Part shown: piece after piece, positions 1 through 11,575 of the stretch
Layout: each line of letters opens with the position of its first letter
How positions within the stretch are numbered: the stretch's first letter is position 1
NCBI GenBank assembly: GCA_038087875.1
Contig: JAXLNO010000046.1
Location: 126,001-173,749 of the forward strand
Direction of reading: 5' to 3'
From: Malacoraja senta
Lineage: Eukaryota
Length of the DNA stretch: 47,749 nucleotides
Translations under genes and position numbers: made by a program
The notes under the pieces: generated by a model
Told to the model about the DNA's origin: nothing
Seen by the model: the letters and a program-made list of their open reading frames with translations, nothing else
Database searches by the model: none

Positions 1-913
1 ACTGGCTGATGGAGATGTACATGATGCACAGTCACTGGCTCCTTTCTCTGCAGAGCAGCTGAACTGTCCCCTCTGTTAAATGTTTGACTCCTCACTTGTT
101 GTGAAGGTATGGGTGCATTTGCTTTCTCATAATTCCACTGCGTGGAACATGTCGGGTCATCCCCAATATAGTCTTGTGGCAACACAGGTGTTGACGTGCC
201 TCTTCTTCTCTTGGGGCTGTTATGTGGAGAGATTGAGTATTCCACAAAGGCATGGCTGCCTCCGTTGCCACCGAGTGATGACCTGTAATGAGAGCCTGCA
301 TTCTCTAGCTGTCCTCTCATACTGTGGGAAAGGTAATGGTTGTCCATGATGTCTGTACTCTCACTCACCAGCTCCTGATCCCGGTGGAAGGAATGTCGGG
401 AGGTTGGGATGACCCGCATGTTGCCAAGGTGATGAGTGGAGTCGACCAGTATCATTGGTGACCCGACACAGGACGTCTCCCTCAGACTGGCGTTGATCAG
501 GTTCTGATCCCACTCACAGCTCCGCATTCCTGCGCTGCGTTTCTGCTGCAGGGGCGTCTGTTCTGGCGTTGGCAGGACTGTGGAATCAAGGTGATGTTGG
601 CTGGTTTTCATCAGGGTCTTTGACCAGCCGTTCTGCATGAGTGGGGCGAGCAGGGTTTCCGGCTGCCCTCTGGAGCGGCGCTCTACCATGCCACCCAACT
701 TGGTTACACTGACCACCGACTCACTGTGGGAAAGGATGGTTTCCTTGTCCTTCCTCCTGGCCGTGTCCTTTTTGTCCCGGTGGCCAATGAACCAACAGAC
801 GCTGAACCCAGAGATGACTGCTCCGATCACAAAGGCAGCAATGGCTGAGATCACCAGGAGGTTGACAGAAACCAGGCCATTGGGCTCCTCGACAAAACTC
901 TCATGGATCAGGC
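1..913 (-). CDS. SEMA6B: Semaphorin-6B terminal coding exon (TM helix + cytoplasmic tail); partial, runs off the window start
   Basis: Acceptor ...cccaccacag| (916-914), phase 1. Open frame to base 1: (G)[73 protein letters not shown]...[15 protein letters not shown]...[18 protein letters not shown]. Matches recalled SEMA6B motifs [34 protein letters not shown]. Confidence 0.95.
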
Positions 914-1850
914 CTGTGGTGGGAACACATATAATAAGTTAACAAGCAGTAAACATTGTTTATTGACCTCAGGGACACCATTAATCATTGCCAAGGTTCA
1001 TCATTCCTTTATATGACAAGGTCAAGTTTGCTTTCATAATTTCGTTCCACATGCATCACATGTTCTGTTAGCTGATGTCATGTTTTATTTATCTCATGCT
1101 CACAAAGTTACTCAACTATAAATGCACTTCCTCCTGTTTTCCCGTTTTGCCTCCATTTCAGGTTTGACAAGCTTATCCCCATCTCATCATTTGTCCATTA
1201 TGCCTTCTCAGTCAGTCAGAGGTACAGTGAAAAGCTTTTGTTGCGTGCTATCCAGTCAGTGGAAAGACTGTACATGATTACAATCAAGCCGTCCACAGTG
1301 TACAGTGAATATCTCTGCCCCCCACTGTGCTGGCTGACACGGAGAGGGTGGAGTCAATGTCCCCTCGATCGCTTGCTCCTTTTATCTGTTGGTTTTAAAA
1401 ATTCAATCTTGTTGATTCAGAACTTCCTGATTTTTCATTGATTTTGAGATAGAAAATTCCAAAGATGTTCTAAAGAACTTTGTCAGGTTCTTGTGCAACT
1501 AGAAATGTGCTGTTGGATTTGTTGGATCCCGCCCCTTTGCTCAGTGCATTGACACCATCTTTCAGGAGGTGATTTGGTTCGATCCTTTGCCTGCCTATCA
1601 TAGTAATTGTCATCACGATACAGCAATGAAACAGATCCTTCAGCCCATCAAGTCTATACTGACCATCAACCACACCATCTACTAATCCTACATGAAACCC
1701 ATTTTATTTTCCTCACATTATTCCAGCAGGTGCAGCTGGTGAAGCTGGTGAGGCTGGTGAGGCTGGTGCTACCCACAGTGATTCAGGGGCACAGCAGTCG
1801 GGATTTCCAGCTGTGGGCAGTAATCTGCTGCAACATCTGTGCTGTCGTTC

Positions 1851-2597
1851 TGATGCCTGTGGTTGGGTCAAGGTCTCTGATGCCTGTGGTTGGGTCAAGG
1901 TCTCTGATGCCTGTGGTTGGGACAAGGCCTGTGATGTCCGTGGTTGGGACAAGGTGTGTGATGTCCGTGGTTGGGACAAGGTGTGTGATGTCCATGGTTG
2001 GGTCAAGGTGTGTGATGTCCATGGTTGGGACAAGGTGTGTGATGTCCGTGGTTGGGACAAGGTGTGTGATGTCCGTGGTTGGGTCAAGGTATGTGATGTC
2101 CGTGGTTGGGTCAAGGTGTGTGATGTCCATGGTTGGGACAAGGTGTGTGATGTCCGTGGTTGGGACAAGGCGTGTGATGTCCGGGGTTGGGACAAGGTGT
2201 GGTTGGGTCAAGGTCTCTGATGTCCGTGGTTGGGACAAGGCGTGTGATGTCCGGGGTTGGGACAAGGTGTGGTTGGGACAAGGCGTGTGATGTCCAGGGT
2301 TGGGACAAGGTGTGGTTGGGACATGGTGTGGTTGGGACAAGGCCTGTGATGTCCGTGGTTGGGACAAGGCGTGTGATGTCCGTGGTTGGGTCAAGGTCTC
2401 TGATGTCCAGGGTTGGGACAAGGCATGTGATGTCCGGGGTTGGGACAAGGCCCGTGATGTCCGTGGTTGGGACAAGGCGTGTGATGTCCGTGGTTGGGTC
2501 AAGGTCTCTGATATCCGGGGTTGGGACAAGGCGTGTGATGTCCGTGGTTGGGTCAAGGTCTCTGATATCCGGGGTTGGGACAAGGCATGTGATGTCG
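1851..2597. repeat. 27-bp minisatellite (TGATGTCCGTGGTTGGGACAAGGTGTG) with variant and 16-bp short units
   Basis: Tandem periodicity read directly; explains the repetitive ORFs at 1607-2749. Confidence 0.97.
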
Positions 2598-3254
2598 TGC
2601 ACTAACTGGTCTGTGGTCATAGAAACCAGCATGGAGCCAAATGCAAAATGGGCTGCTGGTTGGCCACTGGTAATACTACACCATCCAATCCAATGGCTTG
2701 CCCACTGAACAACTAATGACCACCCAGAATGAGTCCACTGACCATCCAATGGGAACTGTGGGAGCAGAACCGGTCTGGAAACCTCTGGTTCAATGGCAAG
2801 TCGGATCTTGTGCAGCTTCTACTGGTGTAGTCACTGCCGAGCAATAGTTCCAAGAACTCACGTGAACTACTTAACTACAGCTGGAAGTTGTGGGACATCA
2901 CAATCATGTACAGTTTTCTAATACTTTAGGAGGAGCTATTGTGCATAAACGTCTAACCAATGCATATCACAGCCAAACATGATTCAGCCCATACTCAGTA
3001 TCCACACTTGCGTTTGCATTGGAAGTGCTAGCCATGGGTGTGGGAATACCAGCTAATTGCTTTATTCTCAAGCCCACAGGCACTGTTAGTTACTACATGA
3101 TGCCTGGCTGATACCGAGGGAGTTAAACCCTGTTCCATCAGGTTCTGTATGTCTCTGAAGACTCCAACAAACTTCTACAGATGTCCTATACAAAGTATTC
3201 TGACAGGTGGCATCATGGATGGGTATGGCCATTCCAATGCACGGGAATGCAAGA

Positions 3255-3460
3255 GGCTGCAGAGGGAGGTGCAGCCTGGTCCATCATGGACACATACCTC
3301 CCATTCATTCAAATGATGCACTGCCTCAAGAATGTGGCTTCTACCATCAAGGTTCCTCGGCATCTGGACCCTGCACACATTTCATCTCTACCATTAGGCA
3401 GTTGGCTCACACGAGTGAAGTCTCACACCACCAGGTTGAAGAACAGCTTCTTTCCCACAA
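3255..3460 (+). mobile_element. Degraded Rex1/Babar-type non-LTR retrotransposon ORF 3' end
   Basis: HCLKNVASTIKVPRHLDPAHISSLPLGSWLTRVKSHTTRLKNSFFP resembles the recalled C-terminal motif CLxKAxxIIKDxxHP...LPSGRR...TxRxxNSFFP. Confidence 0.7.
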
Positions 3461-3667
3461 TGTTCACAGTGGATAGGGTATTTTATTGAGATGGATGTCA
3501 GGCTGAGGGCTTGCTGCGTGACTCCATCAGGTTCTTGAGCCAACCTATCTAGTGGCAGCTTGATGAAGGCCACTGTGGTCCACCTCTCACATGTTCATTC
3601 ACCTGGTTAATTGTGTTTTGTACTATAAGCTTGTGTTTTGCACAGACATTTATGTTTAATGCCTTCA

Positions 3668-3911
3668 GTGTGCGTGTGCGTGTGTGTGCGTGCGTGTGTG
3701 TGCATGCGTGTGTGCGTGTGCATGTGTGTGTGCGTGTGTGTGAGAGTGTGCGTGTGTGTGCATGCGTGCGTGTGTGTGCGTGTGTGTGTGAGAGTGTGTG
3801 CGTGTGTGTGTGCATGTGTGTGCGTGTGCGTGTGCGTGTGTGCGTGCGTGTGTGTGTGAGAGTGTGCGTGTGAGTGTGTGCGTGTGTGTGTGAGAGTGTG
3901 TGCGCGTGTGC
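3668..3911. repeat. Compound (TG)n/(TGCG)n microsatellite
   Basis: Read directly. Confidence 0.98.
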
Positions 3912-4911
3912 AATGTTGCAAGCAAGGTTTTTCATGGTATCTGAGCCTCACTGGACGACGTGATACCATTGATGCCTTTACTCTTGGGATGACAGTTTAT
4001 CAATGAATTCCCAAATTTCAGTTTGATGTTTCTAACACACAGGGAGATCTTGGAAGCAGTTGAGTTAAAAGCAGCGCAGGGTAGATAGAATACCTAAAGT
4101 CTGATAGGCATTGGATTATCACCTGAACATTGGGGTCTGTAGTGTCCATCAGGACCCCTGTTGTACTTAGCAGTCGGACAGACCAACTCTGGTGGCTCAC
4201 ATTGAGAATACTTTCAACACTAAACAGGTTGCACCTATTTTTAACAAAGTCTGTCAGTTCCCTCTTGTATAATTATAACACCAAACCCTCTATTTGATCA
4301 AATTAAATCACGTTTTATATTTTAGTCCTTGAGATGAACTTAACTAGCCAGATGCATATTTCTCTGGCCCTTCTATGGATTAGGTAAGAAACAATTTTTT
4401 CTATAATTGAAATTCTAAGCATCGTATTGATTTGACTTTAGAGCAAGCATCTAAGCCTAACTTTTATTAACAGAAGTTTAATTAGCTTTTTTTCCCTTGG
4501 GCATAATTCATTTCCTTTAATCACTTAAGTCACAGGTAGCAGTGCCTGGACTTGGCTGTAGTGGGATTGGTTTGTTTCCTTATCATCCCTGGGGAACCGT
4601 GACTAAATCTTCCCACAGCTGTCTCTGACTGAGACTAGTTAGCTCATCTCAAATATATATTGTGGAGTTCATTCAGGATGCATTAACCATGTTAAGCTCA
4701 CCTGCACAACTTCAATAGTGAACTTTCTTTACAACCACCCCTCACCCTTCATCATTCACCTTACACCCAACTCCACAATCCATCCCATTCTCACATCGAG
4801 ACCTAAGTTCAATAGAAGCCAAAACAACCGGCATTTCTTTAGACACAACTGTCTAGATTAAATCTGCTTGGAAATCTTGAATCTTGCCTTTCAGCTTCTA
4901 ATCATAATTAC

Positions 4912-5016
4912 CATCCACTTCGAGTGTGACCACTCTATCTGACACATTCCCTTTTGTCTCCATTTTCCAGTAAGGAGAAAGATTTTCAGAGAACAGGCAT
5001 TTCATTGCTCTCTCTT
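4912..5016 (-). CDS. Candidate alternative 105-nt stalk exon of SEMA6B (unverified)
   Basis: aatcttag|AA GAG AGA...GTG GAT G|gtaatt; symmetric phase 1/1, stop-free in the required frame: (E)ERAMKCLFSENLSPYWKMETKGNVSDRVVTLEVD(G). No homology recognised. Confidence 0.3.
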
Positions 5017-5589
5017 CTAAGATTACACAGTTAAAGTGAACATTTTCTCTGAATTTCAAAATGCATGGGCGTGACTAATGGGCCTTGTTCAATCTATAGG
5101 GATGGCATGTTTACAAACTGTTTTCATGCACGCCTACAATCTATGAAGCCTCTACTTTACTCCAGTAAACAGATACAATTAAAAACCAATGCAGATTCAT
5201 TTTTGTTTCCAAACACAGGTCTTGGAACATAAATGACATTGCTGGAATCATGCAGCAGATCAGAAAGCGTGTGAGGAGAGAGATACAGCAAACGATCTGG
5301 ATTTTACAGAGAAATGTTAATATTTCCCAACAGAACTGCCGAGATTTCATTGCGAGCAAGGCATCAACTTTGGGGTTTGTGTGTGAGTGCCAGTCCCAAT
5401 GCTGAGGCTGGATACTTGGCAATCAATGGTCAATCAATCAGTGGTGTCTTGTGCATCTGTTGCTGACCTTTCTCCCTCTGGATTCCTCATCGAGTTCCAC
5501 TTGTTCATAACATTAATAAGATCTAGGAGCAGAATTAGGCCATTCGGCCCATCAATATCCACCATTCAATCAAGGCAGATCTATAATCA

Positions 5590-8462
5590 AGGCAGTGGGG
5601 AGACTTTAAACTAGAACGGTTGGGGGGAGGGACTCAAATAGAGAAAGCTAGTAGACAGTGTGTGAGGCAGGAGGCAGAGAAGGGAAGCACTCAGACCCAA
5701 CATGTAAGGGAGAAAGAAGAAAAAGATAATAAACAGAGAATAAGAGGTGGTGGGTTTCTTAAATGTGTGAGCAGAGAGACAGAGGGGAGTAAAATGAGGA
5801 TAGAAGTAATAGGTAGCAAGGTGAAAAGTAAAAGTGGCAGGCAGACAAATCCAGGGCAAAAATCAAAAATGGCCATTTTTCAACATATTTGTATAAGGCG
5901 TAAGAGTGTTGTAAAAACAAGCCTGAAGGCTTTGTGTCTCAATGCAAGGAGCATTCGTAATAAGGTGGATGAGTTGAATGTGCAGACAGTTATTAATGAC
6001 TATGATATAGTTGCGATCACGGAGACATGGCTCCAGGGTGACCAAGGCTGGGAGCTGAACATCCAGGGATATTCAATATTCAGGAGGATTAGATAGAAAG
6101 GAAAAGGAGGTGGGGTAGCGTTGCTGGTTAGAGGGGAGATTAACGCAATAGAAAGGAAGGACATTAGCTTGGATAATATGGTTGAGTTCTTCATTAGGAT
6201 GGAGAGTGACATAATTAATTCAGAAACAAGGGTTCTGAACTTAAAGAAAGGTAACTTTGAGGGTATGAGACGTGAATTGGCCAAGATAGACTGGCAATTG
6301 ATTCTTAAAGGGTTGACGGTGGATATGCAATGGAAGGCATTTAAAGACTGCATGGATGAACTACAACAATTGTTCATCCCAGTTTGGCAAAAGAATAAAT
6401 CAGGGAAGGTAGTGCATCCGTGGATAACAAGGGAAATCAGGGATAGTATCAAAACAAAAGATGAAGCATACAAATTAGCCAGAAAAAGCAGCCTACCAGA
6501 GGACTGGGAGAAATTCAGAGTCCAACAGAGGAGGACAAAGGGCTTAATTAGGAAAGGGAAAATAGATTATGAAAGAAAACTGGCAGGGAACATAAAAACT
6601 GACTGCAAACATTTTTATAGATATGTGAAGAGAAAAAGATTAGTTAAACCAAATGTAGGTCTCTTGCAGTCAGAAACAGGTGAATTGATCATGGGGAACA
6701 AGGACATGGCAGACCAATTGAATAACTTCTTTGGTTCTGTCTTCACTAAGGAAGACATAAATAATCTGCCGGAAATAGCAGGGGACCGGGGGTCAAATGA
6801 GATGGAGGAACTGAGTGAAATCCAGGTTAGCCGGGAAGTGGTGTTAGGTAAATTGAATGGATTAAAGGCCGATAAATCCCCAGGGCCAGATAGGCTGCAT
6901 CCCAGAGTACTTAAGGAAGTAGCCCCAGAAATAGTGGATGCATTAGTGATAATTTGTCAAAACTCTTTAGATTCTGGAATAGTTCCTGAGGATTGGAGGG
7001 TAGCTAATGTAACCCCACTTTTTAAAAAGGGAGGGAGAGAGAAAACGGGGAATTACAGACCAGTTAGTCTAACATCGGTAGTGGGGAAACTGCTTGAGTC
7101 AGTTATTAAAGATGGGATAGCAGCACATTTGGAAAGTGGTGAAATCATTGGACAAAGTCAGCATGGATTTATGAAAAGTAAATCATGTCTGACGAATCTT
7201 ATAGAATTTTTCGAGGATGTAACTAGTAGAGTGGATAAGGGAGAACCAGTGGATGTGTTATATCTGGACTTTCAGAAGGCTTTCGACAAGGTCCCACTTA
7301 AGAGATTAGTATACAAACTTAAAGCACATGGTATTTGGGGTTCAGTATTGATGTGGATAGAGAACTGGCTGGCAGACAGGAAGTAAAGAGTAGGAGTAAA
7401 CGGGTCCTTTTCAGAATGGCAGGCGGTGACTAGTGGGGTACCGCTAGGCTCAGTGCTGGGACCCCAGCTATTTACAATATATATTAATGATTTGGACGAG
7501 GGAATTGAATGCAACATCTCCAAGTTTGCAGATGACACGAAGCTGGGGGGCAGTGTCAGCTGTGAGGAGGATGCTAAGAGGCTGCAGGGTGACTTGGATA
7601 GGCTGGGTAAGTGGGCAAATGCATGGCAGATGCAGTATAATGTGGATAAATGTGAGGTTATCCACTTTGGTGGCAAAAACATGAAAGTAGACTATTATCT
7701 GAATGGTGGCCGATTAGGAAAAGGGGAGATGCAACGAGACCTGGGTGTCATGGTACACCAGTCATTGAAAGTAGGCATGCAGGTGCAGCAGGCAGTGAAG
7801 AAAGTGAATAGTATGTTAGCATTCATAGCAAAAGGATTTGAGTATAGGAGCAGGGAGGTTCTACTGCAGTTGTACAGGGGCTTGGTGAGACCACACCTGG
7901 AGTGTTGCATACAGTTTTGGTCTCCTAATCTGAGGAAAGACATTCTTGCCATAGAGGGAGTACGGATAAGGTTCACCAGACTGATTCCTGGGATGTCAGG
8001 ACTTTCATATGAAGAAAGACTGGATAGACTCGGCTTGTACTCGCTAGAATTTAGAAGATTGAGGGGGGATCTTATAGAAACTTATAAAATTCTTAAGGGG
8101 TTGGACAGGCTAGATGCAGGAAGATTGTTCCCGATGTTGGGGAAGTCCAGAACAAGGGGTCACAGTTTAAGGATAAGGGGGAAATCTTTTAGGACTGAGA
8201 TGAGAAAAACATTTTTCGCACAGAGAGTGGTGAATCTCTGGAATTCTCTGCCACAGAAGATAGTTGAGGCCAGTTCATTGGCTATATTTAAGAGGGAGTT
8301 AGATGTGGCCCTTGTGGCTAAAGGGATCAGGGGATATGGAGAGAAGGCAGGTACAGGATACTGAGTTGGATGACCAGCCATGATCATATTGAATGGTGGT
8401 GCAGGCTCGAAGGGCCGAATGGCCTACTCCTGCACCTATTTTCTATGTTTCTATGTTTCTAT
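5590..8462 (+). mobile_element. CR1-clade LINE with near-complete but disabled ORF2 (APE + RT), 3'UTR and (TTTCTATG)n tail
   Basis: APE start LCLNARSIRNK...DIVAITETWL; RT motifs KSPGPD, NYRPVSLTS, QHGF, YLDFQKAFDKV, GSVLGP, KFADD. Stops at 6094 and 7384, and an internal deletion near 6172. Confidence 0.96.
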
Positions 8463-8504
8463 CCTTCTCAAATGTTGAGCAAAACCCTATAAAGCAATGC
8501 AGAT

Positions 8505-8665
8505 ACACAGTATTGCAGCTGGCAGAACTACTACCTCACTGCTCCAGTTACTTGGGTTCAATGCTCCTGTGCTGTCTGTGTGGAGTTTGCATGTTCTCCC
8601 TGTGACCACATGCATTTTCACAAATTCTCCAGTTTCTCCTGTATCCCATTGACTTGTTGGTTAAT
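8505..8665 (+). mobile_element. Old degraded V-SINE (HE1-like) fragment
   Basis: B-box-like gggttcaat followed by V-domain-like tgctgtctgtgtggagtttgcatgttctccctgtgacc. Confidence 0.7.
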
Positions 8666-9999
8666 TGATTACTATCATTGTCTCCAGTGGTTTTGCTCAA
8701 CTCCACTGGAGACAATGTTCTAGTTCTGCCAGCTGCAATACTGTGTATCTGCGTTGCTTTATAAGGTTTTGCTCAACATTGTACCCACGTCAGACACGTG
8801 GCTATGTTCGCAGGTTGGATATGAGCATCAACATGAAACATTTACTCTCTCTCTCCACAGGTGCTGTTTCTGTAGTTGAACATTTCCAGCACCTTCTGCT
8901 TGCATCTGTTTATTTACAATGTGTTGCTAGACCTGGTTTGAAATGAGGAGCAAAAATTGAAAAGTGAACTTTAAAAACAATGATATTTAAATAAATTGAA
9001 TCTAAAGTTCAAAATCAAGTCCCAATATTTTATGCTGGTAAATGTGATGAATCATAAACAATGTATGCCAAAACCCAATTATTTTTAGTTATTATTTTAT
9101 ATATATAGAAACTTCAAGATTAATTGCTTTTTGAATTGAATGGTGTAAAAAGCCATAAAAACGACATAAATATTCATTAAAATTCTCCTTACACTCGGTC
9201 CCCGGGGTTGGCACAACTTTGTATTACACAAATTTGTCATGTCTCACTTACGATGAATGAAGGTATCTCATTTTAGTTTATAAAAAATTAGTCTGCTTCC
9301 ATGGAAACAGTCAATTCCAATTATCAGTACATCTGTTTGCTTTAACACTGGATTCACTTATCAGAAATTCATGACAAAAATACATGCTGTGTATTTTTTG
9401 GGCACAATTTGAGTGTGCAAAATAGTGAACATTTGTTTTGATTTAATGTGTAAAATTGAACACCGTCACAGTTGGGGAATTTAGGAACCCATCTCTGAAA
9501 TTCAGGGTCCATTCCAACAATGCATACCCAGAGTGGGGCTCTACCCACCCTAGTCCTGGGTGTAGAAACCCCCTCTCCCCCAAAAATCCTGGAGTCTATT
9601 GTTATTAATTTATGGGATGTGGGAATCGCCTGCATGCAAGACTCAACCCAATTGTATGAGGCCATTTCTAGGGCGGTGGCAAATTCAGAGGGTGTTCTCA
9701 TTGTCCACTCACTTGCCCATGGTCAGAGAATAATGGACTGAATTCGGCCAAGTGACTATTCTATCCATCTGGTCATGTTATGCCCAGTCCAAGACCATGG
9801 TTCTCTGGATCTCCAGTGGAGAGTCAGGGCGTGAAACCTCCCACTCGTTAGTTAGGTTGTTGGAACAATCATTGACATCTCTTCATCTGAGCCCAATGAA
9901 CATGGTCTGGTTCTGGAGTTGCTTGTTATGTCTGGTTTGCTGGTAACTCCCCCAGCTCATCTTGGGAGATTACACTTCACCGTTCAGCTCCTTGTAACA

Positions 10000-10066
10000 T
10001 TGAGGCAAGCGACTTTGAGTCCTGAAAAGCGCTATATAAATAAAATCTATTATTATTATTATTATT
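10000..10066 (+). mobile_element. 3' tail of an L2-type LINE/SINE with (TTA)n end
   Basis: aagcgactttgag...gaaaagcgctatataaataaaat followed by (tat)n, the typical fish L2-related terminus. Confidence 0.65.
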
Positions 10067-10097
10067 GGGGATAATGAGATTCCCTGTGAAAACTCAC

Positions 10098-10156
10098 CCT
10101 CACAGTCACCCAAGTGCGTCGTGTTTCCGTGCTCAACGTCTTGTTCAAACGGAATG
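10098..10156 (-). CDS. SEMA6B: SEMA6B coding exon (59 nt, end of PSI/stalk)
   Basis: ctgcag|C ATT CCG TTT GAA CAA GAC GTT...GGT GAC TGT GAG G|gtgagt = (S)IPFEQDVEHGNTTHLGDCE(G). Phase 2/1 fits both neighbours; class-6 FEQD..LGDC motif. Confidence 0.95.
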
Positions 10157-10759
10157 CTGCAGGATCAACAAACAAACAGCTCATGCACAATCTTTATTGC
10201 AATAATCATTCTACTCCGTCTCTCTGAACCTTTTCAAATTGGATCCAAATTAGTTTGAAAATACAGAGGCATACAATGCGTAAGATTGCAATAATCTGTT
10301 TGATTGCAGTGAGCTTTAAAATGATGTATTCTGTGTTCTCGCCTGAACTTAGTTCCCCGAATCTTCCGGAATCTTAGACTTCTTAAGCTTGAGCCCAGGC
10401 AGTGTGAAGTAGACAACTATGCATGACCATCCCACACAATGGCTCTATTCCCATTAACTGTTAGTGTAAAGGCTTGTGCATGAAGGATTTAACTTGGGTG
10501 AGGCAGCTGAAGAAAGGCAAGAATGTGGCAATAGGAATTCTCTTCCCAATTATTGGACAGTGCCTGAAATTCCACTATGATGGTCACATCAGTAAGAATG
10601 CTTATATTTTAGTTTGAAATTCTTCCTTTTGCTGCTTAGTTCAAGTTGTGCGTGTTGGCGTGGAAACAAGAGATAGTGGGAATTTAGGGCATGTGGGACA
10701 CAGGTATCAACCAGTTCCACAAACTATGTTCTGTGTTGATGGAATATGTTGATCCTGGA

Positions 10760-11050
10760 ATGCAGGAAGTAGGTTGTGTTTTCCTAAGTCTGTAGAATTT
10801 AGGAAAGTCAGAGGTGACCTTATTGACAGAGAGAAGATGCTGGGAGGAATTTGCTTCTGGTGGAAGAATCTATTAATTAAGGGTAAAATATCAGGATAAG
10901 TGTATCAACTGATGAAGGATCAGATAAGGAGGAAGATTTCCCATGGAACATTTCCCATGTTACCCCCGAGAGCAGTGGTTGCTAACTCATTAGACTTATT
11001 CTAGGTTGACATGGATCAGAGTCTGGGCTCTAGGGGAATCTATAATCAGT
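10760..11050 (+). mobile_element. Ancient, highly diverged CR1 3' fragment
   Basis: Collinear but degraded match to the CR1 3' ORF end (e.g. tagaatttaggaaagtcagaggtgaccttattga). Confidence 0.55.
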
Positions 11051-11060
11051 GTGAGCAGGT

Positions 11061-11575
11061 ATAGAAACATAGAAACATAGAAAATAGGTGCAGGAGTAGG
11101 CCATTCGGCCCTTCGAGCCTGCACCGCTATTCAATATGATCATGGCTGATCAACCATCTCAGTATCCCGTACCTGCCTTCTCTCCATACCCCATGATCCC
11201 TTTGGCCACAAGAGCCACATCTAACTCCCTCTTAAATATAGCCAATGAACTGGCCTCAACTACTTTCTGTGACGGAGAATTCCACAGATTCACCACTCTG
11301 TGTGAATTTTTTTTTCTCATCTCGGTCCTAAAAGACTTCCCCCTTATCCTTAAACTGTGACCCCTTGTTCTGGACTTCCCCAACATCGGGAACAATCTTC
11401 CTGCATCTAGCCTGTCTAACCCCTTAAGAATGTTGTAAGTTTCTATAAGATCCCCCCTCAATCTTCTAAATTCTAGCGAGTACAAGCCAAGTCTATCCAG
11501 TCTTTCTTCATATGAAAGTCCTGCCATCCCAGGAATCAGTCTGGTGAACCTTCTCTGTACTCCCTCCATGGCAAC
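11061..11575 (-). mobile_element. 5'-truncated CR1 LINE, same subfamily as 5590-8462
   Basis: EGVQRRFTRLIPGMAGLSYEERLDRLGLYSLEFRRLRGDLIETY...GYGEKAGTGY*, with the same 3'UTR and tail in reverse. Confidence 0.96.

Noticed and set aside
80..942. Short ORFs 80-349, 92-301 and 637-942 in the track
   Set aside because: Antisense or off-frame shadows of the real SEMA6B terminal exon.
1607..2749. Long repetitive ORFs (mucin-like PTTDIT, SQPRTSH etc.) and a CRISPR-like look
   Set aside because: Translations of a stop-poor 27-bp minisatellite in several frames; there are no unique spacers and the context is eukaryotic.
3549..3969. His/Thr- and Val/Cys-rich ORFs
   Set aside because: (TG)n microsatellite translation.
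4018..4255. Second possible stalk exon (DFVKNRC...GVLMDTTDPNVQ)
   Set aside because: The open frame has only phase 0 or phase 2 donors where phase 1 is needed, and the alternative acceptors hit stops.
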